Source: Rhynchobatus australiae
Taxonomy: Eukaryota
Assembly: GCA_034780895.1 (NCBI GenBank)
Contig: JAUZTB010000068.1
Span: 24,162,697-24,226,696 of the forward strand
Direction: 5' to 3'
Length of the DNA: 64,000 bases
Shown: piece after piece, positions 13,496-24,079 of the stretch
Layout: every line of letters starts with the position of its first letter
Position numbering within the stretch: the first letter of the stretch is position 1
Notes under the pieces: model-generated
What the model was told of the DNA's origin: nothing
Database searches by the model: none
The model's input: only the letters and a program-made list of their open reading frames with translations
Translations under genes and position numbers: made by a program

Positions 13496-13630
13496 TTAGT
13501 ATCTAGGCTTCTTGTTAGCAGTTTCATATTCTTCTCTCCCTCTACTAAAATTGGGACCAGCAGGCCCCATAGGACGTGGGGGCTGAGCATTCATTGGACC
13601 TGGGGCTCCCTGTCCAAAGCGGTCATTACG
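13496..13630 (-). CDS. SFPQ: SFPQ terminal coding exon 9 ([12 protein letters not shown]...[14 protein letters not shown]), 135 nt
   Basis: Acceptor cttccaatag|CGT; TAA at 13498-13496; C-terminal basic NLS-type motif KKPRY. Confidence 0.93.
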   Translation of the reverse strand, partial: RNDRFGQGAPGPMNAQPPRPMGPAGPNFSRGREEYETANKKPRY

Positions 13631-16600
13631 CTATTGGAAGTTCATCACACATAGTAGCAATCAAAGTCCATACAAGTTGCACATTACAAAGTGAGGAAAA
13701 TGTGTAACATTTAGGTCAGGGAAGGCATCCGTAGTCAACGTTCGTCGATTACAACCAGGAATGGGGCGATCCACAGGTACCAGGCACATAAAAAGAAAAA
13801 AAAGAGGGCAAGTTGTTCATTAGTTTACCAACCAGCACATGGAGGAATCCATGGTGGGTATAATCCTCCCATGACTTGTGACAGCTTAAGAACAATGGCT
13901 ATTCTGCTTTTAGTGCAAACAAACCACTTACCAACATCGGAATGCAGAGTAATATGCACATAATTGATTTGGGCTTACAGCTGCTTATCATCATTGCAAC
14001 CTCCACATTAAATCTGTCAGAGATGCAGAATTTCAGCACTTCAAGTTAAATAGCCACTGGCCTCAATCGAAGTCACAAGTAACCACCGACTTATTCCCAC
14101 CTATTTCCCCTTTAACACAATCTGACTTACAAGCCAGTATTGTAGTACTGAAGAGTTGCTGAGTGCAAATAAGTATGTTCCAGTAAAGAAAACTGTTTAC
14201 CATTAAGGCATGATAGGCCAAGTTTCTCACTTCAATGGAAAAATTAATCTTTGATCATTTGCCTTTGCAAACTGTTTTTAAAATTTCATTTTTTTTTAAA
14301 TAGTCAAAATGTTTTTTAGTCTGCAAACTACAACCACAGTACAACACAAGTACTACAACACTGGATCATTGTTACCATTCAGGATTACCTGGGTAATATG
14401 AAGTATGCTGCAAAACAATGCACTATTAAAGTCCATAATTATCCGGATAATTTCCTTAATATTCATTTTAATATGCCTCACTGAATTACCACTTGCACAG
14501 AACACCTCAAACATTTGGAGGGTAGGGCAAGCAGGTTTGCCATGACCCATGGCATGCTGTTGTGCTAGAGGAAACTATAGCCTCTATCAATTTATTTCAT
14601 GGGGTAACAATGGTACACTGAAGCCCAACGAAGTGCTGGCATATACTGCCAAAACAATAGTCATCCAGTACAAGACCCGAGGGCTTTGAAGCAATTCACC
14701 AAAATAATGCTGAAACATTAGTTAATCCATTAGACCATTTAGATTTTGAAGGACATATCAGGACCAACCTCAAATCTCAAATTATGAAAAAACTGAAGAA
14801 ACATCTGCTCATCTCCACACACCCCATCTTGCCAGATGACCCAATTTTTCCACTCAGAAGTATTAAACCCACGTCCATTGCATCTTTTAACTGTACCAGA
14901 CCAAACAAAGGTCAGGATCAGTAATTTTAAGATGCAGGGATATATTATTTATTAGCAGCAGCTGAACAGTCACAGGAGCAATGGGATATCTGGTTTCCTC
15001 CTGTGCTATAATTTTTATGACTATACAACTGTCCATTAAAATGTAATCATTTCTGCAATGTATAATGGAGTCACTGCAATTACAATACATCCTCACTTAT
15101 TTCAATATTGCAGAGTTTGTTGTAAGCTGGAATCACATGTTCAATGTTTATGTATATAATAGTGACAGCAAATGCTGGAACATTAGGATAGGAAATCAGA
15201 ACTTGGTATAGAACAAAAACTCCCTGTAGAACAAAAACCTGATTTTACTGGATAGAATAAGATAAATGGCCTTCTGTATCAGAACAAATGCAACTTCTAA
15301 CACCACTTGGAACCTCTGAAATACCCCACTAGCCAATCTGAAGTTACTGTGGGAACATTTTCATTCCTGGCATGAATGCAAATAGTCACTGGTATCCCCT
15401 ATTAGCAATTTGAGAAATTGAAGTAAACCCATCTTTCCCTGCAAACTCAATTTCCCCATGGCATTGCCCCATGCACAAACAATCCTATGTTCAGATTCTA
15501 AAAACTGGAACTGTGGTAATCCAGTTAGCTAAGCAGGTAATTTAAATGCATTTCAACTAGGTCAAATTTACAAACATCTGCCCTACAATCACATTGATTT
15601 CACTTGAACTTACAAGCATGGCATGACCACGCTGTAAAATGTTTGGCACAGCCAAACTTGAGCAGTGACATGGCAACAGATCCTGTCATCAATTAAGATG
15701 CAAAATTGATTAACGTCAACTCGTGTAATGATCATTTTAATGTGTTACAAGTAATTGCATTTTTCAGAAACTGTTGAATCCGCCCCCCCCATGCCAAGTC
15801 CAAACTAAATTATTCACCTCCTTATTCAAGCTGTTTCCAAGTTTACCATTTTGTGCTTTGTTTCAATAATGACAATCTAAGCAGATGGACCCCACAAAAG
15901 GACCTTTGTTCATACTGTACAATATCCATTACCATTTTCTCTAGACTTTCTCATACCAACTACCCTCTCACATTTCACTCTACAACCAGGCCATACATTC
16001 AAGCATTCACTCTTAACCACAGTATGCTTTACCCCTGCCATGTCGCTGGTGTTTGCACTGGTGCTCATCATCTGTCCAGTCATCGCACTGGGTCCTCCAG
16101 GGCTACTCAGGGTACTGTGACCTTCATAGGCCATTGCTGCCATTGGTGGGAAGCTTTGGTTTGCAGTAGTATATTGCTCTGAAATTTAAAACCAATTCAA
16201 TGAGGAATAATATTATAAACTGTTTACATCAAAATGTATTAAGCTTGTTATCGCATGTTTATCAAAAAAACTCCATAAGGAATATACACAAGCTACAAAC
16301 ATTAGGACTACTATGCTGGAAATCCAATCAATAGACATTATCTGCATATGTCAGAGACCACTAATAATAATTAAGAAATTCTGAAGTTACCAGGGGAAAA
16401 ATTTTGGTGTGTTTCAGTTGTACCCCAAGAACTTTCAAATGCACAACATCCATAAATTTTGAAGTCAAATACATCAGCCATTGAGTTCTGTACCCAGTTC
16501 AACCAAGTTTTATCATTCTAAAATCTGCAAATGCCTTAAAAATACATAGCATCCATTATATAAAATCAAAAGATTCCACTAAGCATTAAAGAATTCGTTT

Positions 16601-19600
16601 ATTGATCCAACACTTTCCCTTTAAATAAAGTACATCAAAAACACAGACCAAGCCAATGTACACCCCTTCAAATGACAAAGTATGAAGTTGTCTACTGCAC
16701 CATTAACTGTACAAATAGTATTAGTCTTCACTGTTGCCATTAAAATGAAAATTAAAATCATCTTTCTTCATTTCAGTGAATACAACCACAGATTGCCTAA
16801 CCTTCCTCCAAAGTCACAACCTTTCTAACATGTGATCCATAGTACTGCACAACATCTAAATCTGTCTAGGGCTTTATGCAATCATCGCACAGCATTAACT
16901 TGAACTTCAGTTCTAGATCTAAATGACAACATTCCACTAGTCTCAAAATTTCTGCATCCACCTAGCTATGTGTGCATAGACCCACATCCTTCCACCATCT
17001 CTGGGGAAGACACTACTTTTAATTTGCCACTGTTTACAAAATACTCTTATTAGAGGTCACACTTATCGACATTGAAATCCAGTTGCTACATTTACCCACA
17101 AGGTTAACATTTGTAATCTTATCTTTTATTGATACTACCCTCAAAAGAAACTCATGACTCCCCCATCAATATATAGTGGACAATATCAACTGTGGAGTTC
17201 TGTCAATTAGTATGACCATTATCTCAGTCACCACCTGCTCAGCCATCATCCAAGTAACATCAATAATTTCCCTTTGATTGCAATCAGGCTGACAAAGATT
17301 ACTGAAACCACCAAATTTACAAATATTCAGAATTACATATTTCAGAAAGGCCTACACAGCAAAATCTGCATTTTACCTGTCATTCCTCCAGCCATGCGCA
17401 TTTCACGCTCCCTCTAGAAAGGAAATAAAAATCATTCATGACTATAACAGACAATAACTTACTGCCAAGTTTACACAAATAATTCAGGCATGAAGAGTTG
17501 ACTGAGCCAAGTCCAAATGAAATTTGAAATAAATACATTTCTGCAAAACAGCTGAAGTTAATATTGTAAAATTACAACAGCCTGACACAATGACAACAGA
17601 AAATCCTTAAGTTAATTCACAGAATTAAAGACACATGACATCTGTAAATGTTTTTATCCTCATTGCCTGACACCATCTAGAGGCAGACAACCACCAGTTC
17701 TACACAATTGCACTGGAGGATTTAAAACCAACAATACATTGACATTAGAACCTTCAAATGAAAAAGGAAATGCTTAGGTGATCAAGTGGCAATGATTGCA
17801 AATTAAGTACTCATACAAGACAACTTAAAACTGACTGGATTACAAGACATTGGCACACATGACAGCCTTAACATGCAAACAAGCAATACAAATTTATTAG
17901 ATACCTAGTGTAAAGCAGATATCCACATGCATTGTCAACTGACTAGTCGCCAAAGGCTTCACGAGAATATTGTCAGCCTTGGTATGTCTTCAATTTAAAC
18001 ATGTCTAGTCCAGCCTCACCACAACATGCAATAGCTTAAACTCCAGCTGTACAGTCCATGGTATTTAGCTATCAAACCATAAAATGGATATCAGGACCAT
18101 AACTTATAGTCAGGAATGTTTTCAACAATATGCAAGTGCTACAGTCAAGTGAGAAGATGTTAAAAAAGTGTTCAGGGGAGGAATTCTAAATCTTTGGAGC
18201 TAGCAAATTAAGGAATGGTGTCATGGTAGTAAACTGAAGGATAAGAGACCAAAATTAGAAACAGGAAATTTCAGTGGTCACGGGTTAGAAATATAAAGCC
18301 ACCAAGCAAATCTACAAATCCAGCATTTTAAAATCAATTGTTGCTTCAAGAGCAGAATACATACAAGCACAAAAAGGTTTGCAAAACTGGAGAAAACTAG
18401 AATATGGACATTCACCACACGACAACAGCCTAAGAAACCACAAAAGCATTATTGTTTTAGATCCAAATGAGTTGAGGTGGACAGCATCAAGAGAGCTATG
18501 GTCATGAATATTATCAGTCGAAGTCATATAGGTGCAACTAAATGGTTGGCCCATCTTGGAGTCAAATCTGATCTAATTTCAGATAGGTAACAGGGTAGTT
18601 GATATACAGAAATAGAATGTAGTTTAAGAAAATTAAACATTTGAGAGAGCAACTGTTCAATAAATCAGGTCTCAAGCACTGAATTACCTTCTGCAAATGC
18701 CATTTCATTCTGAACTCCAGCCAATGTAAAATGGAAATCTAAGGACTTTTAGAACTAACGTTGCAGAACATGACGCAGATAGAATTTGAGGCCTACAGGA
18801 TTTTCATGGCACATTTTCATTTTGGCACTAAAAGCCTCATTTCAACTCCACTCAAGTGCTAGTACAACGATAGGACTCTAATTCATTGTTATTTGTGAAA
18901 TTGAGCATTCAGAGTAACGACATACTGATACAGCTTTAAAAGAATTCCAAGACTGAAATAAGGAAACTCACAGGATCCATGTATCCCATGCGGAAGTTCT
19001 CCTCCCTCTGGCGCCTTATCATCTCCTCCTTTTCCCTTTGACGCATCAACATTTCCTCCTCTCTTCTACGACGCTCTTCCTCTTGCCTGATGAATGTACA
19101 AATTGCATGGTTGAAACTCAATTTTAACAATTAGATAAGCTTTAATAATAGATAGCCTGCAAGGATGCTTATGTTATAGCAATTTCACATAGAGCCTTAA
19201 TTCTCACCTCAATTCGAGCTGTTTACGCTTCTGAACTTCTTGGCTGTGGAGCTCCTCCATACGCCGCAGCTCTTCTTGGCGCCGCATGAGATCTGGGTTA
19301 AATTTTAAACAGAAGCATGAATCAACTAGAGATCAAGTCCATCCTATTGATAGGGCAAAGATCATTACATCCGATTTTACAATGCTTCAAACTTAGTTCA
19401 CTGTAGGAGATCATTTATAAAATCCCACATCAAGCATTACAAATGCTAATGTTTGCATAGAAAACACCAACTTCAATAGAATATTAGCATGTACAATTAA
19501 GTGTCTTACTTTCATACTAGGCATTTTCCAACAAAAGGCATGGCATGTTTCAATACCAAGATAACATTAAATTATTTCCAACATAGAAGACACAAGAGTC

Positions 19601-22370
19601 TACAGATGCTGGAATCTGGAGCAACAAACAAACTACTGGAAGAACTCAGCAGGTTGAGTATCTGTGGAACAAAGGAATTATCAAATTTTCAGGTCAAAAT
19701 CTTGCATCAAGACAGATTTCCAACATACCCTGCCTCAATAACATTGCCTGATGCTCATGGTATGCATCTTCCATCTCATTTTCCAGCTTATCCCTGGCCT
19801 CTCTCATGTTCTTTTCAACTTGCTCTCTCTGTTGTTTTTCCATTTCATCAAGCGACTTCCATCTCTGGGAATATTCAAACTCAAATGTTCCATGCTGAGC
19901 AAAACGAGGAGGATGCTCTCGTTCTCTATGAAAAGTCATAACATCCCACATCAATTATTTCACTACTTCAAACAAATCTAATTTGCAGCAAAGATGAAAT
20001 ATGTGAAGGCAAATAATGAAAGGTTAGGAAATCCGTCAAATTTCCTCATTTTCCAAACAGGATTACACTACAGTACTGTTTAAAAAAAAAACTCACTTTT
20101 GATACATTGGGTTCCTTTGGGCAAGTTTCTCTGGAAGGCCATCCTCATCATCATATTGTTCCATTGGTTCTACAATTACAGGACGAGGAGACCTGCAAAG
20201 TGAATAAAATTTGACAGTTTTAGTTTTTTTATTAAACTTCTGGGGCTGCATCTAAGGCAGCCCTATTATTATTAAAAACTCTTGTTGGAATATTGAAACT
20301 TAAACAATCAGTTGTAATCAAGAATGTGTACCGAAATTTCCTGCCTACTCATTAAATACAATGCTAACAAAATAAGTTCCATCTCAGACTAGCTTGACAG
20401 TAATTTCAAGTCATTCAGGAATTACTTGAAACGAAGTTTTAAATAAGAACCCAGTGATATATATAAAAAGCACTACTTCTTACGCTGTTAAGAGGAATAC
20501 CCCATCGTTGCATCGGTCAAGTGCCTTCCGTGCAGCTGGTTTTGTAGCAAATTCAACTATGCCTTTGCCTGTTGATCTGCCGCGATCATCTACAATTACA
20601 ATGGCTCTCTCCACTTGACCAAACTGAGAGAAAGCTTCCTCCAGCAATTCATTAGAGACATACGGGGAGAGATTGCGGACAGTCAATGCAGCAGAATGCG
20701 TGGCAAAACGAATACGAAGTGGCCGACCTCTCATGGGTGTATCATCAAGTTCTGCTTTGGCTATTTCAGCCAAAGTTCTACTTTCCTTAAGAGAAAGACA
20801 AAAACTTTATGTAAGGAACATCTAATTCTGGTTGAAAATGCCAACATCAACGTAATAAATGCACAAATGTAAAATCAACCACGAGGTCTGCGTGAATGGT
20901 GGCAGGCATTACAATAAAGACAGGAATGAAAAATCACCAAGTCCACACAAGCTTTTCTGAGCTTAGCTGCCAAAAGCGTGACAAAGAACTCATTCAGGAT
21001 AACTGCCTTCACCAAACACTGCATTTACAAATAGAGGGAAATGCAAGTTTTAAGGACATTTGTGGGCCAATAAGACCAGAGATCCACTTGCCTGCATGTG
21101 TATTTTGGGAGGTGTACCACAGATTTTCATTTCCTCAGAGAGCTAAGCTCCACAACTTGCTTGCTTAGCCAGCTGTCCAATGCTCCAAAGGGAAAGGCTG
21201 CACAGCACTAATGGATGCAACCCTGTTAAGCTGTTTAGTGGCAAACAGCGTTACTACTAGTAGAATTGCTGCCTCACAGCTCCAGGTACCAGGGTTTAAT
21301 CCTGAACTCTGGTGCCATCTGTGGGAGTTAACACACTCTCCCTGTGCACGAGTGAGATGCCTCTGGGTGCTCCAATCCCCTACCACATCCTAAACCAGGC
21401 TCAATCCTATCATCAGGTTCTCAGATGGACCTCTTAGAAATGAACTCTCAATCTACCTATCATGGCTGTTGCACTTTGTCTACCTACATCAATGTATGGA
21501 ATTGAATGATCTATCTGGATGGCATGCAAACAACAGCTTGACACCGTATGGGACAATAATAAACCAATTACCGAACCCATTCAGGTTGAATAGGCAGGAG
21601 GTGCAGCTTCTATTATGTCGGGACGCGTGGGAGAACACGGAGGGATGAGGAGGAAGAGTCGATGGAAGGGCTGGGAGCACGCCCCCGCGCCGCGGGAGAG
21701 CGCCTCCTACACGTTCACGCAACGATCAGGGGCGCGCCTGCCCAGCCCAGCCCGACCGCCAGGGGGCCCGGGCCACACTCACCAGCCGGATGAAGCCGAA
21801 GCCCTTGCCTTTGTTGATGAAAACCTCGCCGGGTTCGCCATATTTCTCGAAGAGCTTCTTGAAGTCGTCCTCGGTGATGTCGCCCGGCAGGTTGCCGACG
21901 AAGAGGCGGCACCGCTGGGTGTAGGTCTTCTCGCCGGGCTTGCGGAGCAGCGAGAGCTGGGCCCGCAGCACCTCCTGCGCCTGGCGCATCTCGCCTTCGC
22001 TTGGCTTCGCGTCACGCTGCTGCCGGCCCTGGCCCTCGCCTCCCGGGTAAGGCGGCTTGCCCTCGCCGCCGCCGCCGCCGCCCCGGGCCGCCGCCGCGGG
22101 GGACTGAGCGGCCGCCGCGTCGCCGTTCTTCTTGTCGGGCTCCTGGGACTTCTGCGAGGTCTGAGCGGCCGACTTCTGAGGCGGGGTCTGCGCCGGAGCC
22201 GTCACCTGGCTCTGCGACGAGGGCGCTGGCTGCTGCTTGAGGGCCTCGGCCGGGTTTCCCGCTCCGTTCGGGCGGTTGGGCACATTGTTGCGGTTGCCGC
22301 CGCGGAACGGAGGACTCATGCCGCCGCGCCTCTGGAATCCGGTGCGGTTCCTGAAACGATCCCGAGACAT
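13496..22370 (-). CDS. SFPQ: SFPQ (splicing factor proline/glutamine-rich, DBHS family). 9 coding exons: join(21783..22370,20484..20785,20097..20192,19729..19925,19208..19292,18972..19086,17377..17413,16033..16178,13496..13630) = 1701 nt, 566 aa
   Basis: The N-terminus MSRDRFR and the C-terminus [14 protein letters not shown] are SFPQ-type. It contains RRM1 ([14 protein letters not shown]...GKGFGFIRL), RRM2, NOPS and coiled-coil regions. All introns are GT-AG and the phases join into one open frame. Internal exon sizes 302/96/197/85 match my recollection of human SFPQ exons 3-6. Confidence 0.96.
13932..14013 (-). other. Candidate 82-nt poison cassette exon in SFPQ intron 8
   Basis: Acceptor ttctgcatctctgacag|ATTTAA; donor TTG|GTAAGT; in-frame TAA at codon 2. 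Confidence 0.4.
16033..16178 (-). CDS. SFPQ: SFPQ coding exon 8 ([20 protein letters not shown]...TSDMAG), 146 nt
   Basis: Acceptor aaatttcag|AG; donor GGG|GTAAAG; FPP...YE...SDM motifs as in human exon 9; phase 1->0. Confidence 0.88.
17377..17413 (-). CDS. SFPQ: SFPQ coding exon 7 ([12 protein letters not shown]), 37 nt
   Basis: Acceptor atttcctttctag|AGG; donor CAG|GTAAAA; resembles human RERDMRMGGG; phase 0->1 fits both neighbours. Confidence 0.9.
18972..19086 (-). CDS. SFPQ: SFPQ coding exon 6 ([18 protein letters not shown]...RMGYMDP), 115 nt
   Basis: Acceptor cattcatcag|G; donor CCT|GTGAGT. Confidence 0.94.
19208..19292 (-). CDS. SFPQ: SFPQ coding exon 5 ([29 protein letters not shown]), 85 nt
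   Basis: Acceptor taacccag|ATC; donor GAG|GTGAGA. Confidence 0.95.
19583..19720. mobile_element. Short Penelope-related repeat in SFPQ intron 4
   Basis: agacacaagag...cagatgctggaatctggagcaacaaacaa...ctggaagaactcagcagg resembles an abundant batoid/shark repeat. Confidence 0.55.
19729..19925 (-). CDS. SFPQ: SFPQ coding exon 4 ([23 protein letters not shown]...LLRQ; NOPS/coiled coil), 197 nt
   Basis: Acceptor ttttcatag|A; donor CAGG|GTATGT. Confidence 0.95.
20097..20192 (-). CDS. SFPQ: SFPQ coding exon 3 ([32 protein letters not shown]), 96 nt
   Basis: Acceptor cactttgcag|G; donor AAA|GTGAGT. Confidence 0.95.
20484..20785 (-). CDS. SFPQ: SFPQ coding exon 2 ([15 protein letters not shown]...DGVFLLTA; end of RRM1 and RRM2), 302 nt
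   Basis: Acceptor tctttctcttaag|GAA; donor AGC|GTAAGA. Confidence 0.96.
21231..21395 (+). mobile_element. HE1-like V-SINE in SFPQ intron 1
   Basis: gctgcctcacagctccagg...cagggtttaatcctga (tRNA-like head) and tctgtgggagtt...ctctgggtgctcc...ccacatcctaaa (V-domain). Confidence 0.7.
21783..22370 (-). CDS. SFPQ: SFPQ coding exon 1 (low-complexity N-terminus + most of RRM1), 588 nt
   Basis: ATG at 22370; ends ...GFGFIRL CTG|GTGAGT (donor GT at 21782-21781); phase 0. Confidence 0.95.
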
Positions 22371-22457
22371 TCTGCGGATTTGTCCTTGATTTACCGGAGG
22401 GAGGGTCCGCAGTGTTTATTTCAAACCGACTGCAAAGGTCAACGTGGAGAAGTGCAC

Positions 22458-22640
22458 AAAATGGCGCCTGGTAGGTGCTTAGGCGGGCGCAGGCTCTTTA
22501 TATACTCCTCCGGAATCCCGCCTCCCCCGGCGTCCGATTGGTTGGTTTCTGGCATCGCCCGCCCAGGTCTTGAGGAACGATTGGTTGTGGCCGATGTCGA
22601 TCAGCAGCACTGCACTGATAGTGGAGGTCAAACGACCAAT
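22458..22640 (-). promoter_or_regulatory. SFPQ core promoter: TATATAAA (22504-22497), YY1-type GCGCCATTTT (22467-22458), GC box (22517-22526), CCAAT boxes (22537-41, 22580-84, 22636-40)
   Basis: Motifs read directly from the sequence; the TATA box lies ~30 nt upstream of the GCCATTTT element, implying a TSS near 22470. Confidence 0.75.
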
Positions 22641-23349
22641 CAGCTTCAACGGCTTCGCAGACAAAGGATCGCTTCTTTAGCTGGGGGGAGGGAGACAGAC
22701 GTCTTATCCTTTCAGAAATGGAGGCCCTTGTGCCTTGGACCTAACACAGAGCCTCCTGTACCCACTTCCCTCACTGACTAACAGGAGATCACATCTGAAT
22801 GTTAGAGGTCCCTATTTCCTCTCTACTCCTCCTAATTGGTAAATCCTTCACCACTTAACCATCTATTATGTAAATACAATTTTATCAATATAATTCTGTC
22901 ATTTTCAACTAATATATTATAATTAATGTCAAACTCTCCAAAGTGGCCCTCGAGTTACTTGAAAGATTGTTCTATCCCTTGAGCAGCCTTTTCTATGTAT
23001 TTTTTAATCGTTAAAATCTTGTTTGAATCTTCTGGTTTACATTAAAGTAATATATTCTGCTTTTACATATAAGNNNNNNNNNNNNNNNNNNNNNNNNNNN
23101 NNNNNNNNNNNNNNNNNNNNNNNNNNNNNNNNNNNNNNNNNNNNNNNNNNNNNNNNNNNNNNNNNNNNNNNNNNNNNNNNNNNNNNNNNNNNNNNNNNNN
23201 NNNNNNNNNNNNNNNNNNNNNNNNNNCATATGGCCTTGCTGCCAGCATTTATAAAATATCACTATGTTCTGAGGAATCAGTATATTGCAGCATTCTCAGA
23301 ATGGGAAAAGTTTGCAGTATATTTGGACACAATTTATCGAATTGGGCAA

Positions 23350-24060
23350 GTGCTAATTCTCTGAAAGAACTATCCAGTTATTCTTACTTTCCAGCTCTTT
23401 TCCCATGACTGTGGAATTTTGTCCCCTTCAGTTATATGATGCCTTTTTGAAAATTGCCTGAATTTATTTCTACCAATCTTTAAGGACCTTTATTCTATTT
23501 CAGTCTGTTTCATAATTACTGAAGTGGAATGAGATCTAATTTTAATAAGAAATAATTCTACTCATGTTCTCCTCTGGTGCTTCTGCCAATTTCTTTAATC
23601 TGTGTCATTTGACCACACTCTTCTACCAGTTTAAACAATTTCTCCTTACTTTATCAAAGAATGATTTTGAACAACTCAATAAACCTCCCCTTACCTCCTT
23701 CAAAACTAAATTTAAGTCATGTCCTGGTACAGTTCTGGTATATAAATATCTACAAAGTCTTTAAGGTCTTGACATTCTTCCTATATTGTGGAATTCATAG
23801 GTGGTCACAGGGCTCCAGCTAAGGCCTATCCATTGATTTATAAAGGTTTAGTATAACTCCCTTGCTTTTGCACTTGGTACATCTGTTTATAAAGCTGGGG
23901 CTAATGTACATACATTTAACTGCATTATCCACTTTTTCTGCCATCTTCAAAGATGTATATGAATCACCAATGATCTCTATTCCTCCATGCTATTGAAAAT
24001 GGCATTCCTCCTTCAAAAACAAATTACTTCTATGAAACAAATTTAATCAGCCTGCTCATG
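23350..24060 (-). mobile_element. Decayed CR1 LINE 3' fragment
   Basis: Degenerate CR1 RT C-terminal sequence (gatttataaaggtttagtataactcccttgcttttgcac). Confidence 0.5.
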
Positions 24061-24079
24061 TTTAGAATTTTTCCTAAAA

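Larger units (their letters stand above)
21615..22680. promoter_or_regulatory. CpG island covering the SFPQ promoter and exon 1
   Basis: Abruptly GC- and CpG-rich stretch in an otherwise AT-rich, CpG-poor window. Confidence 0.9.

Noticed and set aside
13700-13800. Possible intronic H/ACA snoRNA
   Set aside because: No convincing two-hairpin, H-box and ACA architecture; better explained as the AG-exclusion zone and branch region.
13496-22370. Alternative identity as NONO or PSPC1
   Set aside because: The MSRDRFR start, [32 protein letters not shown] and GREEYE..NKKPR are SFPQ-diagnostic.
21615-22781. 388-aa plus-strand ORF antisense to SFPQ exon 1
   Set aside because: Shadow frame of GC-rich coding and CpG-island DNA, where stops are rare; no recognisable domain.
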